A stretch of DNA of 64,000 bases, from positions 3,936,001-4,000,000 of the forward strand of contig OZ242180.1 in the NCBI GenBank assembly GCA_965205485.1, read 5' to 3'. Positions 39,040 through 48,989 of this stretch are shown here, piece by piece. The notes below the pieces were generated by a model, which was not told the origin of the DNA, made no database searches, and saw only the letters and a list, made by a program, of their open reading frames with translations. The position numbers and the translations under genes are program-made. Position 1 is the first letter of the stretch. Every line of letters starts with the position of its first letter. Source of the stretch: Candidatus Latescibacterota bacterium (GTDB lineage: Bacteria > Latescibacterota > UBA2968 > GCA-2709665).

Positions 39040-40146
39040 TCAAGGTACCAGCTCCGGCCTCACCTCCCGGTTCAGCGCCGGCATCAATTCTGTCGCGAAG
39101 AGTTCGAGACTGCGCAGCCAACTGTCTTTGTCGTCCCAGTCGTACGACATCATGACGAGCGTGCCGAAGTCTCCGACTTCCGCACGCAGGGACTCGAGAC
39201 GATCGACGACCGCGTCGACGTCGCCGGCGATGATCTGTTCGCCCATCAGATAATCCAGATTACAGTCCGCATCGGGCATATCAGGGTCGCGTTTGAACAT
39301 GCCGATGCCGCGGCCGCCGCGTTTGAGAAGTGAGCCGATGTATTCGAAGTTCGTTGCGACGGTATTTGATCTCGCACGCCGTACCGCTTCTTCCGTGGTA
39401 TCCGCCAGGAAGATCGCGCGTGCAATCTTGTAGTCGGAACGGTCCGGCCGTCGACCTGCCTCCATGGCAGACTGCTCGAATGTCGTCCAGATGTTCGCCA
39501 ATGTGCTCGATGGAATCAGGCTGTGACCGAACGGTTGGAAGCCGCGCCTCCCCGCCTCCCTTGCGGTTTCGGAGTTTATCGAACTGATCGGCATTGAAAT
39601 GGGCGGATGGGGTCGTTGGTATGGCTTGTGAATGACGCCGAGGCCGACCTCCGGATCGATCGTGCGTTCCAGCCTGATCTGCCAGAACCGGCCATCGATT
39701 GCGAAAGGCGCGTCGGATTGCCAGAGCGTCAGGATCATCTCGATCGATTCGGCGACCATTGCGGCGCTGTTCTGCGGGTCGACACCGAGGATCTCAAGGT
39801 CGGTCGGAACGCTGCCGGGTCCGAAACAGAGATTGAGTCGCCCCCTGGACAGGTGGTCGAGAAAGGACAGCCGGCTTGCGACCAGCGCGGGGTGGTGTTG
39901 CTGCAGGCAGACCGGTGCCGGCCCCAGCCGAATATTGCCGGTTTCCCGCAGCGCCGCCCCGATGAATATCTCCGGCATCGCGATGTTTTCGTAGACCATG
40001 GTGTGATGTTCGCCGATCCAGAATTCGTCGATACCCAGTTCGTCGGCACGAATGACGAGTTCCATGTCTTCATCGTGGCATTGACTGAGCGATTTTCCCG
40101 GCGGGTGGAACGGCATGATGAAGATGCCGGACTTGATTCGATTCAT
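39040..40146 (-). CDS. LLM-class (luciferase-like) flavin-dependent monooxygenase
   Basis: FIMPFHPP, WIGEHH, LDHLSRGR, KPYQRPHPPI, SLELFATELMP. Confidence 0.9.
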   Translation of the reverse strand: MNRIKSGIFIMPFHPPGKSLSQCHDEDMELVIRADELGIDEFWIGEHHTMVYENIAMPEIFIGAALRETGNIRLGPAPVCLQQHHPALVASRLSFLDHLSRGRLNLCFGPGSVPTDLEILGVDPQNSAAMVAESIEMILTLWQSDAPFAIDGRFWQIRLERTIDPEVGLGVIHKPYQRPHPPISMPISSINSETAREAGRRGFQPFGHSLIPSSTLANIWTTFEQSAMEAGRRPDRSDYKIARAIFLADTTEEAVRRARSNTVATNFEYIGSLLKRGGRGIGMFKRDPDMPDADCNLDYLMGEQIIAGDVDAVVDRLESLRAEVGDFGTLVMMSYDWDDKDSWLRSLELFATELMPALNREVRPELVP

Positions 40147-40518
40147 GGGCGCAGCCTTTCAGTATTTTAGGATTCATTACCCCTTGGAAGTCTCCGCGCC
40201 GGGCATCGGCGGTACATCGCGTTTGATCCGTTACGTAACAACCGTTGGCATTTTTCAGGCGTAGCCGCCAGGGTCATAAACGGCAGTCCGTGGTTCCTCA
40301 ATCCGGCGAATCTGACGAAATATCGACCTATCTTCCGGGTTGCGCAACGCCTTTCTTGTTACGGTCGGAGGTGGCGCCACAGATCCGGAGGTCAGCGTAA
40401 CGGTCGCAACGCTCCAGAATGGACTCAGGACGCGCAGGAGAGGATTGCGGAATCACCCGTCTAGCGATTGTATGGATTGGCATACCCACCCACCGGGGCT
40501 TCGAGAGCTGTTTTGTAC

Positions 40519-40564
40519 TTGACAATCGGGGCAGACCACTTTAAGTTTAGATACGCCTAAATTT
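40519..40564 (+). promoter_or_regulatory. Promoter plus DtxR/MntR/SirR-type operator of Feo operon 2
   Basis: TTGACA-N17-TAAGTT; palindrome AAGTTTAG-ATACGC-CTAAATTT (40543-40564) overlapping the -10. Confidence 0.78.
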
Positions 40565-40607
40565 TTTTTTATCTTTGGATAATCGGTATTGGCAGAAGGA
40601 AAACCGG

Positions 40608-41633
40608 ATGATCGAACCCGTGAGAGCGCTTCTGGGCGCAGCCGTGATTCTGGGTTGCGCGTGGTTTCTTATCCGGCCGGGCTCGGGATATTTCTGGCGG
40701 TGGCGGCAGGCCCGGAGGCTGACCGAGCGCGTCCTGACGGAAGATTTGCTCAAGCACGTATATAACTGTGAATATCAACAGCAGATCGCAACGGTCGAAA
40801 GCCTGTCCGGCGCACTGGGGATTCCGCTCGGCCGCGCGTCCGATCTGATCGTACGTGCGGGTGTCCGCGGACTGACCGTTTCTGACGGCGGCAGCGTCAG
40901 ACTGACAACGCACGGTCGGGATTACGCGCTTCGAATCCTGAGGGTTCACCGCCTCTGGGAACACTATCTGGCCGAGGAAACAGGGGTGGCGGCTGCCGAT
41001 TGGCACAGCGAGGCGGAACGCCGGGAGCACGATCTGTCTACCGAGGACGTGGAACGGCTGGACCGGAGGATGGGGTATCCGGTCTACGACCCGCACGGGG
41101 ACCCCATACCCACCGGCGCCGGAGACATCGCGCCGAAACGCGGAACGCACCTGACGGAACACACCGTCGGCGTTGCGGCGGAGATTGTACACATCGAAGA
41201 CGAACCGGAGCCCGTGTACGCGCAGCTTGCGGCGGAAGGACTTCACGTCGGGATGCGAATCGAGTTGATCGAGGTTCTGCCCCAGCGCGTGCGCTTCTGG
41301 GCGGATGGAGAAGAGCATGTGCTGGCGCCGTTGCTGGCCGACCATATTTCCGTCACCGCAGTTTCGAATGGATCTGAAGCAGAAGCGTCCGATGAACTGC
41401 TGTCCGGCCTGAGAAAGGGCGAAGTCGGGCACGTTGTCCGACTGTCCGGATCATGCCGCGGTCTGGAACGGCGTCGGCTGATGGATCTGGGAATCCTTCC
41501 CGGTACCCGGATCCAGGTGGAGATGCGCAGCCCTTCCGGGGATCCAACCGCATACCGGATACGTGGGACAACCATTGCGCTTCGAAGGGAGCAGGCAGAT
41601 CAGGTTCAGATTCAGGTGCAACTCGTGGAATGA
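40608..41633 (+). CDS. Membrane-anchored DtxR-family protein with two FeoA domains
   Basis: N-terminal TM helix plus WRWRQARR; EDLLK, HRLWEHYL, HSEAERREH, DPHGDPIP; two C-terminal FeoA/SH3-like domains (second: RRLMDLGILPG...SPSGDP..Y.IRG..IALR). Confidence 0.88.
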   Translation: MIEPVRALLGAAVILGCAWFLIRPGSGYFWRWRQARRLTERVLTEDLLKHVYNCEYQQQIATVESLSGALGIPLGRASDLIVRAGVRGLTVSDGGSVRLTTHGRDYALRILRVHRLWEHYLAEETGVAAADWHSEAERREHDLSTEDVERLDRRMGYPVYDPHGDPIPTGAGDIAPKRGTHLTEHTVGVAAEIVHIEDEPEPVYAQLAAEGLHVGMRIELIEVLPQRVRFWADGEEHVLAPLLADHISVTAVSNGSEAEASDELLSGLRKGEVGHVVRLSGSCRGLERRRLMDLGILPGTRIQVEMRSPSGDPTAYRIRGTTIALRREQADQVQIQVQLVE

Positions 41634-41675
41634 ACGGCCGTCACAATGCATACGGAATCGGATGGAGCGTATAGA

Positions 41676-42485
41676 ATGGAAATGCAGACACCAGCTGGTC
41701 CTTGCGACGCCTGCCCGGCGCATCATTCGGGCAACCTGATCAAGCTCGGCGTGAATATGGCGAATTGGGATTTCGTCGTGGCACTGGCAGGAAATCCGAA
41801 TACAGGGAAGAGTACGGTATTTAACGCCCTGACGGGACTGCGGCAGCATACAGGGAACTGGCCCGGAAAAACGGTGGTGCGGGCCGAAGGCGGTTTCGCG
41901 TTCGGAGGCCACCGGTATAAGCTCGTGGATCTTCCGGGAACCTACTCTCTCCTGTCCACCAGTCTCGACGAAGAGGTCGCCCGGGATTTTATTCTGTTCG
42001 GACGCCCGGACGTAACGGTGGTTGTCGTGGACGCCGCGCGGCTGGAACGGAATCTGAATCTCGTCCTTCAGGTTCTGGAAATTACCGACCGTGCGGTGGT
42101 GTGCCTGAACCTGATAGACGAAGCGAAACGCCAGGGTCTACGGGTGGACGAACGACGACTGTCACGAGATCTGGGGGTCCCGGTGGTGCCTGCGGCGGCG
42201 CGCCGGGGGGAGGGAATGCCTGAGTTGACGCAGGTATTGAGTGATGTGGCGACCGGCAGGACGGTATGCAGGCCGCAACGCATCAAAAACGAGCCGCCTG
42301 AATTGAGAAAGGCGGTAAACAAGCTCATGGCTCAGCTGGATCAGGCGTTTCCCGATGTACCGAACTCGCGGTGGGTGGCGCTCCGGCTGCTCGAAGGTGA
42401 CACGCGAATTATGGAAGCAGTGAGTTCGGGAGAACTCGGGGATCTGAACCGTAATCCGGCGCAGGGAGAGGAGGTCACGGCGTGA
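41676..42485 (+). CDS. feoB: FeoB N-terminal GTPase domain as a separate protein
   Basis: [27 protein letters not shown], plus helical GDI domain; N-terminal CDACPAHH; alternative start 41646. Confidence 0.88.
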   Translation: MEMQTPAGPCDACPAHHSGNLIKLGVNMANWDFVVALAGNPNTGKSTVFNALTGLRQHTGNWPGKTVVRAEGGFAFGGHRYKLVDLPGTYSLLSTSLDEEVARDFILFGRPDVTVVVVDAARLERNLNLVLQVLEITDRAVVCLNLIDEAKRQGLRVDERRLSRDLGVPVVPAAARRGEGMPELTQVLSDVATGRTVCRPQRIKNEPPELRKAVNKLMAQLDQAFPDVPNSRWVALRLLEGDTRIMEAVSSGELGDLNRNPAQGEEVTA

Positions 42486-43918
42486 GTGATTCCGCGGCAA
42501 ATCAACGCCCCGACGAATTGATTCGATTGGCGGCGGAGCTTCGATGGGAAGCGGGGTCCAATTTCCACGATTCATTAATGGAAACGCTCTACGCAAACGC
42601 AGCGCATATTGCTGACCGCGCTGTCACCCGAACCGGTGAAGCCGCACGGTTCGATCTGGACCGGACGATCGACCGGCTCGTAACCAGTCGCTGGCTGGGT
42701 TTCCCCATCATGTTATTCCTGCTGACGCTGGTATTCTGGCTGACGATTGAGGGCGCGAATCTGCCTTCGGCGATGCTGGCGGGCCTGCTGATCGACTCCG
42801 TTCATCCTGTATTGAAATCCGTGGCCGTGGCAGTCGGCATGCCCTGGTGGCTCGACGGCCTGCTCGTTGACGGCATCTACCTGGCAATGGCGTGGGTCGT
42901 CAGTGTCATGTTGCCACCCATGGCGATCTTCTTTCCGCTGTTTACGCTACTGGAGGACTTCGGATATCTGCCCAGGGTCGCGTTCAATCTTGACAAGTGG
43001 TTCAAAAAAGCAGGCGCGCACGGGAAGCAGGCGCTCACGATGAGTATGGGATTTGGTTGCAATGCCGCGGCGATCGTGTCCACCCGGGTCATAGACAGTC
43101 CCAGAGAGCGACTCATTGCCATCATTACCAACAATTTCTCTCTCTGCAACGGACGGTGGCCCACCCAGATACTGGTGGCTACGATATTCATCGGAGGACT
43201 GGCTCCGGCCCATTTCGCCGGACTGGTTTCCGCCGGTGCAGTAGTGGCCGTCGCCGTATTTGGCGTTCTGCTCTCCTTTTTCGTCTCGTGGGGCCTCTCC
43301 AGGTCGGTTCTCCGGGGAGAAGCATCCGCCTTCAGCCTGGAACTTCCGCCGTATCGACCCCCTCGGGTCTTGCAGACCGTCTATACTTCAATTATTGACA
43401 GAACGTTGATTGTGCTGTGGCGGGCGGTGATCTTTGCGGTTCCCGCGGGCGCGGTGATCTGGCTGAGTTCCAATATCATGGTTGGGGGGCTCAGCGTCGC
43501 GGAGCATTTCATCAACTGGAGCCAGCCGTTCGGTCTGCTTATCGGATTGAATGGCGTCATCCTGCTGGCCTACGTAATCGCAATCCCGGCGAACGAAATT
43601 GTGATTCCCACCATACTGATGTTGACGGTATTGAGTGCAAGGATGACCGGGCTGGGTGAAGGCGCCGGGGTCATGTTTGAACTGGACTCCAATGCCGCGG
43701 TAGCGCAGATTTTCGCTTCCGGCGGATGGAGTCTGCTCACTGCCGTCAATTTGATGTTGTTCAGCCTGGTGCACAATCCGTGTTCTACCACGATATATAC
43801 GATCTGGAAGGAAACACGAAGCGCCAAATGGACGTCCATTTCGTCGTTACTTCCCGTGGGAATGGGTTTCCTGCTCTGTTTTCTCGTTGCACAGATCTGG
43901 CGTTTGGTATCAGGGTGA
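42482..43918 (+). CDS. feoB: FeoB membrane (gate) domain as a separate protein
   Basis: [49 protein letters not shown] overlap with own RBS ggagaggagg. Confidence 0.88.
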   Translation: MSDSAANQRPDELIRLAAELRWEAGSNFHDSLMETLYANAAHIADRAVTRTGEAARFDLDRTIDRLVTSRWLGFPIMLFLLTLVFWLTIEGANLPSAMLAGLLIDSVHPVLKSVAVAVGMPWWLDGLLVDGIYLAMAWVVSVMLPPMAIFFPLFTLLEDFGYLPRVAFNLDKWFKKAGAHGKQALTMSMGFGCNAAAIVSTRVIDSPRERLIAIITNNFSLCNGRWPTQILVATIFIGGLAPAHFAGLVSAGAVVAVAVFGVLLSFFVSWGLSRSVLRGEASAFSLELPPYRPPRVLQTVYTSIIDRTLIVLWRAVIFAVPAGAVIWLSSNIMVGGLSVAEHFINWSQPFGLLIGLNGVILLAYVIAIPANEIVIPTILMLTVLSARMTGLGEGAGVMFELDSNAAVAQIFASGGWSLLTAVNLMLFSLVHNPCSTTIYTIWKETRSAKWTSISSLLPVGMGFLLCFLVAQIWRLVSG

Positions 43919-44015
43919 GGCGATTTCCGGTTTCGGCTGGTGTTCGTGGAAGACGGTTCCCGGATGTCAATGCCGGTTCAGGAATCCGCGCAGGATTGCC
44001 AGCGAAAGGAAACAC

Positions 44016-44690
44016 ATGCTCAGTCAGGCCGCACAGGACTATCTGAAGTCCATCTACAAGCTTCAACATGGGCACGAACCCAGGGCCACCGTGAATACAT
44101 CGATGGTTGCGGAGCGGATGGAGGTGGCGGCAGCGTCCGCGACAAATATGATCAAGAAGCTGGCTGAAATGAACCTTGTTCAGCACACACCCTATCAGGG
44201 CGTCGAACTCACGCCGGCGGGAGAAGCCGTCGCCCTGGAGGTCCTGAGACATCACCGCCTGCTCGAGCTGTACCTGGCGGACGCATTGGGGTACGACTGG
44301 GACGAAGTCGACGCTGAGGCCGACAGACTCGAGCACGTGATTTCGGAAGAGTTCGAGGACAAAATCGACAGGGTGCTCGGCCATCCCACAACCGACCCGC
44401 ACGGGGCGCCGATTCCCACAAAAGACGGAAATATCGAAAACACGGATTGCGTCCCTCTCACGCAGGTGGAGCCCGGGGAGGCGGTCGTGATCGCACAGGT
44501 GAACGACCAGAGTCCCGAGATGCTCAGGTATCTGGGGGCGCTTGGACTGCGGCCGGGCGTCACGCTGTTCGTTCAGGAGAAGGCGCCGTTCAATGGCCCG
44601 ATGACCATCGAACTTGATGGAAACACCCAGCATGTGGTGGGTGTCAACGTGTCGGACAGCATCTACGTGACGTGCGCCGACGAAGGTTGA
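44016..44690 (+). CDS. DtxR/SirR/MntR-family soluble metal-dependent repressor
   Basis: QDYLKSIY, ASATNMIKKL, RHHRLLELYL, AEADRLEH, DPHGAPIP, one FeoA domain; RBS aaagga. Confidence 0.93.
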   Translation: MLSQAAQDYLKSIYKLQHGHEPRATVNTSMVAERMEVAAASATNMIKKLAEMNLVQHTPYQGVELTPAGEAVALEVLRHHRLLELYLADALGYDWDEVDAEADRLEHVISEEFEDKIDRVLGHPTTDPHGAPIPTKDGNIENTDCVPLTQVEPGEAVVIAQVNDQSPEMLRYLGALGLRPGVTLFVQEKAPFNGPMTIELDGNTQHVVGVNVSDSIYVTCADEG

Positions 44691-44765
44691 TGGACTCCGC
44701 CGCGGCGGGACGGCCGCCGTTCAGTCCCGCGTCGATGTCAGGCCGTATACAGGTTGAATAAACTT

Positions 44766-47198
44766 ATGAATTCGCCAACTCGTGTCTTCATCGTCTCCTT
44801 TCTCTTGGGCGGGGTTCAGGCAAGCGCCGGGACGCCGCCCGATCTGTCTCCGGTTCCGCGTGAAACGGAGGTCGAGCTCTTCAACCGCGCGGCTGCGGTA
44901 TTCAGGCCCGATCTGCTGCCGGCGGACAGCCCATACTTCCACGAGCATGCGGTTTGCGGAACACCCGTCATTATGGCCCTGGCCACCCGGTGGCCCAGTC
45001 TGAGCAAGAATACGCAACAGGCGTTCGCCCATGTGTTTCAGCGCCCCGCAATGACGGACAGTATGGTATCTGCAGGCGGGCATTTCCGTGTCCACTACGA
45101 TACGAGGGGCCGGCATTCCGTTTCGCCGGACGACGCCGACCGGAACCGGGTGCCCGACTACGTCGAGGAAGTCGCGGCCACGTTCGACGCCGTGTGGACG
45201 CTTCAGGTCCGCAACCTGGGGTACCGGGATCCGCTGGACGACGGCGACGGCTTGTTCGATGTGTACATCCAGCAACTGGGCACGGCCGGCGTGTACGGGC
45301 AAACCTGGCCCACACGTCTCGGTAATCCGGTAACGTCAGCCTATCTGACGGTCGACAACGACTATACAGACCGGATTTACGCGACCCGGGGTCTGGACGG
45401 CCTGCACGTGACCGTCGCGCACGAGTTCTTCCATGCCATACAATTCGCGTACAATGCGCGAGCCTTGACGTGGTGGCACGAGGCCACCGCGACCTGGATG
45501 GAAGATGTGGCGTACGACGATGTGAACGACTATTTCCAGTACACAAGGTTCGTTCTGGATTCACCCACCGTTGCCCTGGACTGGCAGCCCAATCTGCAGG
45601 ACGGACACCAGTACGGAGCATGCATCTACGTCCATTACCTGGACCAGGTCTTCGGACGACGGACCATTCGGGAGACGTGGGAGGGACTGGGCGAGCGCAA
45701 CACGTCGTCGTACGATATCGAAAAACTGAATCCGACGGTGCCCACCGGTGGTTTTTCAGGGACGCTGCCGGGTTACGTCACCTGGAATTATTTCACCGGG
45801 ACCCGCTCTCGTGACGGGTTTTACGAAGAGGGCGTGTTTTATCAGCCCGCTGCCTCGGTCAGAACGGTTTCGACGGTTTCCGGCGGCCAGGCATCCGGTA
45901 CCGGATCGGTGGATCATCTGGCTGCCGACTATATCCAGGTGGTGACGAAGGGGATGCAGGGCGGCCTTCGAGCCGAATTCGGTCTGGCCGGCGGGGGAAG
46001 CTGGCAATTCTGGGCCATGCTGATTGATACCGATGGGGTCGACCTGCTGCGGCCGGTCCGCTCCAGGATGGAGATCCCGAACGCGGGACAATACGACAAT
46101 ATCGTGTTTATGCCCGTATCGGACGCGCTGGAAGGGCGGGATTTCGATTACGAATATACGATTGCCTCGGCCGAATCAGTAGACGGGGAGACCCATCCAC
46201 TCAGGTTGACGGTTGGCGAAAGCAATGTTCCCGTGGTACGACTCGGCGTACATTCAGACCGGGCGACCGTTCGCGCGGACGGCGCCGGAGGGAATCCGGT
46301 CGCGTGGACCGTTTCTCGCGCCAGCGGCAGCAGGGCGATCACCGTGCCCGGACAAGCGGAGCCATCGTCATTCACGACGCTGGCGGATTCGATTGAAATC
46401 GTGGCGGTTGGCACCGGCCCGACCGTCGTTCAGGTTTCCGCCACCGGGGCAGGCACGACGCCGTCCGTCGCCTGGGCGGTCTTCGGTCAGACCCTCACGG
46501 GGAATCTGCCGCCCGTGGTGGCGGCGATTTCCGATACCACCATAGCAGAAGGGCAGCAGTTGTCGATTCTCATCGATGCGGAAGACGAAGATGGCGACGC
46601 ACTCGCCTTTTCGTCCGGCGACCTCCCGGCCGGGGCCACCCTGGTTGAGAATCGCTTAACCTGGACGCCGCGGTTCGATCAGGGCGACCGGACTTACGAG
46701 ATTCAACTGCTGGTCAGCGACGGCATCAACCAGGTACGCATCGGGGTGAACATACACGTGAAGAATGTCGACCGTCCGCCGGAGATTCGGGAGACCGACC
46801 CGACCCGCGGGGTCGTGTATGGCGCCTCGGGGAAGACGGTTCGATTTTCAGTGACGGCGCTGGATCCGGACGGGGATGAATTGAGCTTCGCATGGTCGAT
46901 CAACGGCATTTCAGTGGATGAAGCGGGGCCGTCCCTGCTCGTGACGATTCCCGCCACGGATGTGGATGACGTGGTCGAGGTCGTGGTAACTGCGGGGCAG
47001 AAATCAGTCAAACGGAAATGGACGATCGGGAAGACGTTGATCGGAGATTTCAACGACGACGGCGCCGTCAACTTTGCCGACTTTATTGCCTTCGCCGGTG
47101 CTTTCGGCACGGAGAGTCCGATACACGACCTCGACGGTTCGGGGCTCGTCGATTTTCAGGATTTCCTCGTTTTTGCGATCTATTTCGGCCTGCCGTGA
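44766..47198 (+). CDS. Secreted putative zinc metalloprotease (MXAN_6640-like) with Ig-like repeats and C-terminal dockerin/EF-hand-like tail
   Basis: Signal peptide, HFRVHY, AHEFFHAIQ (HExxH), WWHEATATWME, N.PP...D.DGD.L.F cadherin/Ig repeats, GDFNDDG.VNF.DF...DLDGSG.VDF.DF. Confidence 0.78.
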   Translation: MNSPTRVFIVSFLLGGVQASAGTPPDLSPVPRETEVELFNRAAAVFRPDLLPADSPYFHEHAVCGTPVIMALATRWPSLSKNTQQAFAHVFQRPAMTDSMVSAGGHFRVHYDTRGRHSVSPDDADRNRVPDYVEEVAATFDAVWTLQVRNLGYRDPLDDGDGLFDVYIQQLGTAGVYGQTWPTRLGNPVTSAYLTVDNDYTDRIYATRGLDGLHVTVAHEFFHAIQFAYNARALTWWHEATATWMEDVAYDDVNDYFQYTRFVLDSPTVALDWQPNLQDGHQYGACIYVHYLDQVFGRRTIRETWEGLGERNTSSYDIEKLNPTVPTGGFSGTLPGYVTWNYFTGTRSRDGFYEEGVFYQPAASVRTVSTVSGGQASGTGSVDHLAADYIQVVTKGMQGGLRAEFGLAGGGSWQFWAMLIDTDGVDLLRPVRSRMEIPNAGQYDNIVFMPVSDALEGRDFDYEYTIASAESVDGETHPLRLTVGESNVPVVRLGVHSDRATVRADGAGGNPVAWTVSRASGSRAITVPGQAEPSSFTTLADSIEIVAVGTGPTVVQVSATGAGTTPSVAWAVFGQTLTGNLPPVVAAISDTTIAEGQQLSILIDAEDEDGDALAFSSGDLPAGATLVENRLTWTPRFDQGDRTYEIQLLVSDGINQVRIGVNIHVKNVDRPPEIRETDPTRGVVYGASGKTVRFSVTALDPDGDELSFAWSINGISVDEAGPSLLVTIPATDVDDVVEVVVTAGQKSVKRKWTIGKTLIGDFNDDGAVNFADFIAFAGAFGTESPIHDLDGSGLVDFQDFLVFAIYFGLP

Positions 47199-47304
47199 TG
47201 TCCGGCCAGGTACGTTTCATTTACACGAAACCCCTTTAATTCTTGTTTTTATACACCTTTTTGTTAACTTAAACCTCTCGATTCACGACCAACGTCCACA
47301 TCGG

Positions 47305-48099
47305 ATGGCAGGTGACGGTTTGATTGCACTTCGCTCGGAACGGGAAATGGAGAGAATCAGGGACGCCTGCCGCGTCGTCGGGCTCGCACATCGGGCCCTT
47401 TGCGAGTGGGTCCGGCCTGGCATACCCACCTTCAGACTGGACCGGGTCGCGGAGGAGTTGATCCGCGACCACGGCGCTGTGCCTGCCTTCAAGGGATACC
47501 AGGGATACCCTGCGGCTACCTGTATCTCGATAAACGAACAGGTCGTACACGGGATCCCGGGACACCGGGAGCTGAGGGAAGGCGACCTCGTCAGTATCGA
47601 CATTGGCGCGAAACTGAAAGGGTACTACGGAGACCAGGCGATCTCATACACCATAGGCGACGTGACTCCCGAGATTTGGAAGTTGATAACCGTCACGCGT
47701 GAGTCCCTGCTCAGGGGCATCGATGGGGCACAGGAAGGCCGACGGCTGGAAGACGTATGCGGCTCCATCCAGCAGTGGGTGGAGTCGAACGGTTTTTCCG
47801 TTGTACGCCAATTCGTCGGGCACGGTATCGGACGCAGCCTGCACGAAGATCCCGCCGTGCCGAATTATGTGCCGTTGGAAAAGAACCCACGGCTGCGGCG
47901 CGGAATCGTCATTGCGATTGAACCCATGGTGAATCTGGGACGGCCGGAGGTCGTACTCGCCGACGACGGATGGACCGCGTCCACCAGGGACGGACTGCCG
48001 TCGGCACATTTTGAGCATGTCGTTGCGGTCACCGACGATGAGCCGGCGATTCTGACCATGACTGAAGAGGAGATTTTCGAAGGCGTGTACGCCCGCTGA
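47305..48099 (+). CDS. map: Methionine aminopeptidase type I
   Basis: CISINEQVVHGIP, SIDIG, GHGIG..LHEDP, AIEPMV, SAHFEH; start 47305 or TTG 47320. Confidence 0.96.
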   Translation: MAGDGLIALRSEREMERIRDACRVVGLAHRALCEWVRPGIPTFRLDRVAEELIRDHGAVPAFKGYQGYPAATCISINEQVVHGIPGHRELREGDLVSIDIGAKLKGYYGDQAISYTIGDVTPEIWKLITVTRESLLRGIDGAQEGRRLEDVCGSIQQWVESNGFSVVRQFVGHGIGRSLHEDPAVPNYVPLEKNPRLRRGIVIAIEPMVNLGRPEVVLADDGWTASTRDGLPSAHFEHVVAVTDDEPAILTMTEEEIFEGVYAR

Positions 48100-48124
48100 C
48101 GATGCGGTAGTACCAGGCGTCCAC

Positions 48125-48156
48125 GGTCCGGCTTTTGCAAGTCCGGCCCTTTTTTT
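48125..48156 (+). terminator. Intrinsic terminator after map
   Basis: GGTCCGG-CTT-TTGC-AAG-TCCGGCC imperfect stem plus T7 tract. Confidence 0.6.
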
Positions 48157-48171
48157 GTCCGGCATCGACTC

Positions 48172-48699
48172 ATGACGAATACACCGGTTTTCATTCGAAC
48201 TCTGGCAGGGCTGCTGTTCATCTGCGCCTGCGATCAGCACTACAAGGAGGGTGCGCATCCACCGCCGAAGCCGCGACGGCCTGGCCTGCCGGCGGGGCAC
48301 CCACCCGTCTCGACCGCCCGACAACCATCCGATGCGCAGGGCGGAACAACGGTACGCGGGACCATCCGGGTCAGCCCGGAACTGCGGTCCAGGATACCCG
48401 ACGGCGCCTATCTGTTCATCATTGCGCGAGAAAGGGCCGACGGAGGCCCGCCGTACGCCCTAAAGCGGATGCGCATGCCCTCGCTCCCGTACCACTACAC
48501 CCTTACCCAATCCGACGTCGCGCGCATGTTTGGGGACGGGATCGTCCTGGCCGAGATCCCGGAGATGTATATGGTTGCCAAAATCGACCGGGATGGCTTC
48601 GTAGGCGTTCAACCGGGCGATATGGAAGGCGCATGCCCGAAGAATCCGATCGCTGCCGGCGAACAACGGGCTGACATCCTGATAGAACGGGTCCATTGA
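48172..48699 (+). CDS. Lipoprotein with CcmI/CycH C-terminal-like domain
   Basis: Lipobox-like ICAC, LPAGHPP, VRGTIRVSPEL...LFIIAR...PPYALKR...P..YTL...VAKIDRDG...GDMEG. Confidence 0.7.
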   Translation: MTNTPVFIRTLAGLLFICACDQHYKEGAHPPPKPRRPGLPAGHPPVSTARQPSDAQGGTTVRGTIRVSPELRSRIPDGAYLFIIARERADGGPPYALKRMRMPSLPYHYTLTQSDVARMFGDGIVLAEIPEMYMVAKIDRDGFVGVQPGDMEGACPKNPIAAGEQRADILIERVH

Positions 48700-48989
48700 C
48701 ATTCCTTTCCGGCGAACTGACACCCAATGTCTTCGGTAAAAAAGCGGTGCCGCCTGAAATCGATAGACGACGAGCCGGCCACCGGCGCCTGTCGTTCCGG
48801 ACGTGAGGGCGGTGATGTGAAGACACGGTCGATGGTGTCAATGTCAGAGGCGATCGGTTCGCAACGGCCAAGGGGTTACGGTCTGTTGCCTTTGCAGGCA
48901 TTCGGCCCGGAACGAATCATTGAATCGAGCGTTACAGGATGAAGAGAACCAGATACATGGGGAATGGCCGGGTCACGAGGAACGTAAAC

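Noticed and set aside
40150..40510. Long leader of the LLM monooxygenase, checked for FMN, cobalamin and yybP-ykoY riboswitches
   Set aside because: No conserved aptamer motifs recognised on either strand
42482..42485. Split feoB as a pseudogene or sequencing frameshift
   Set aside because: Dedicated RBS, GTGA coupling, domain-boundary break and intact motifs favour a real split; read-level check still advised
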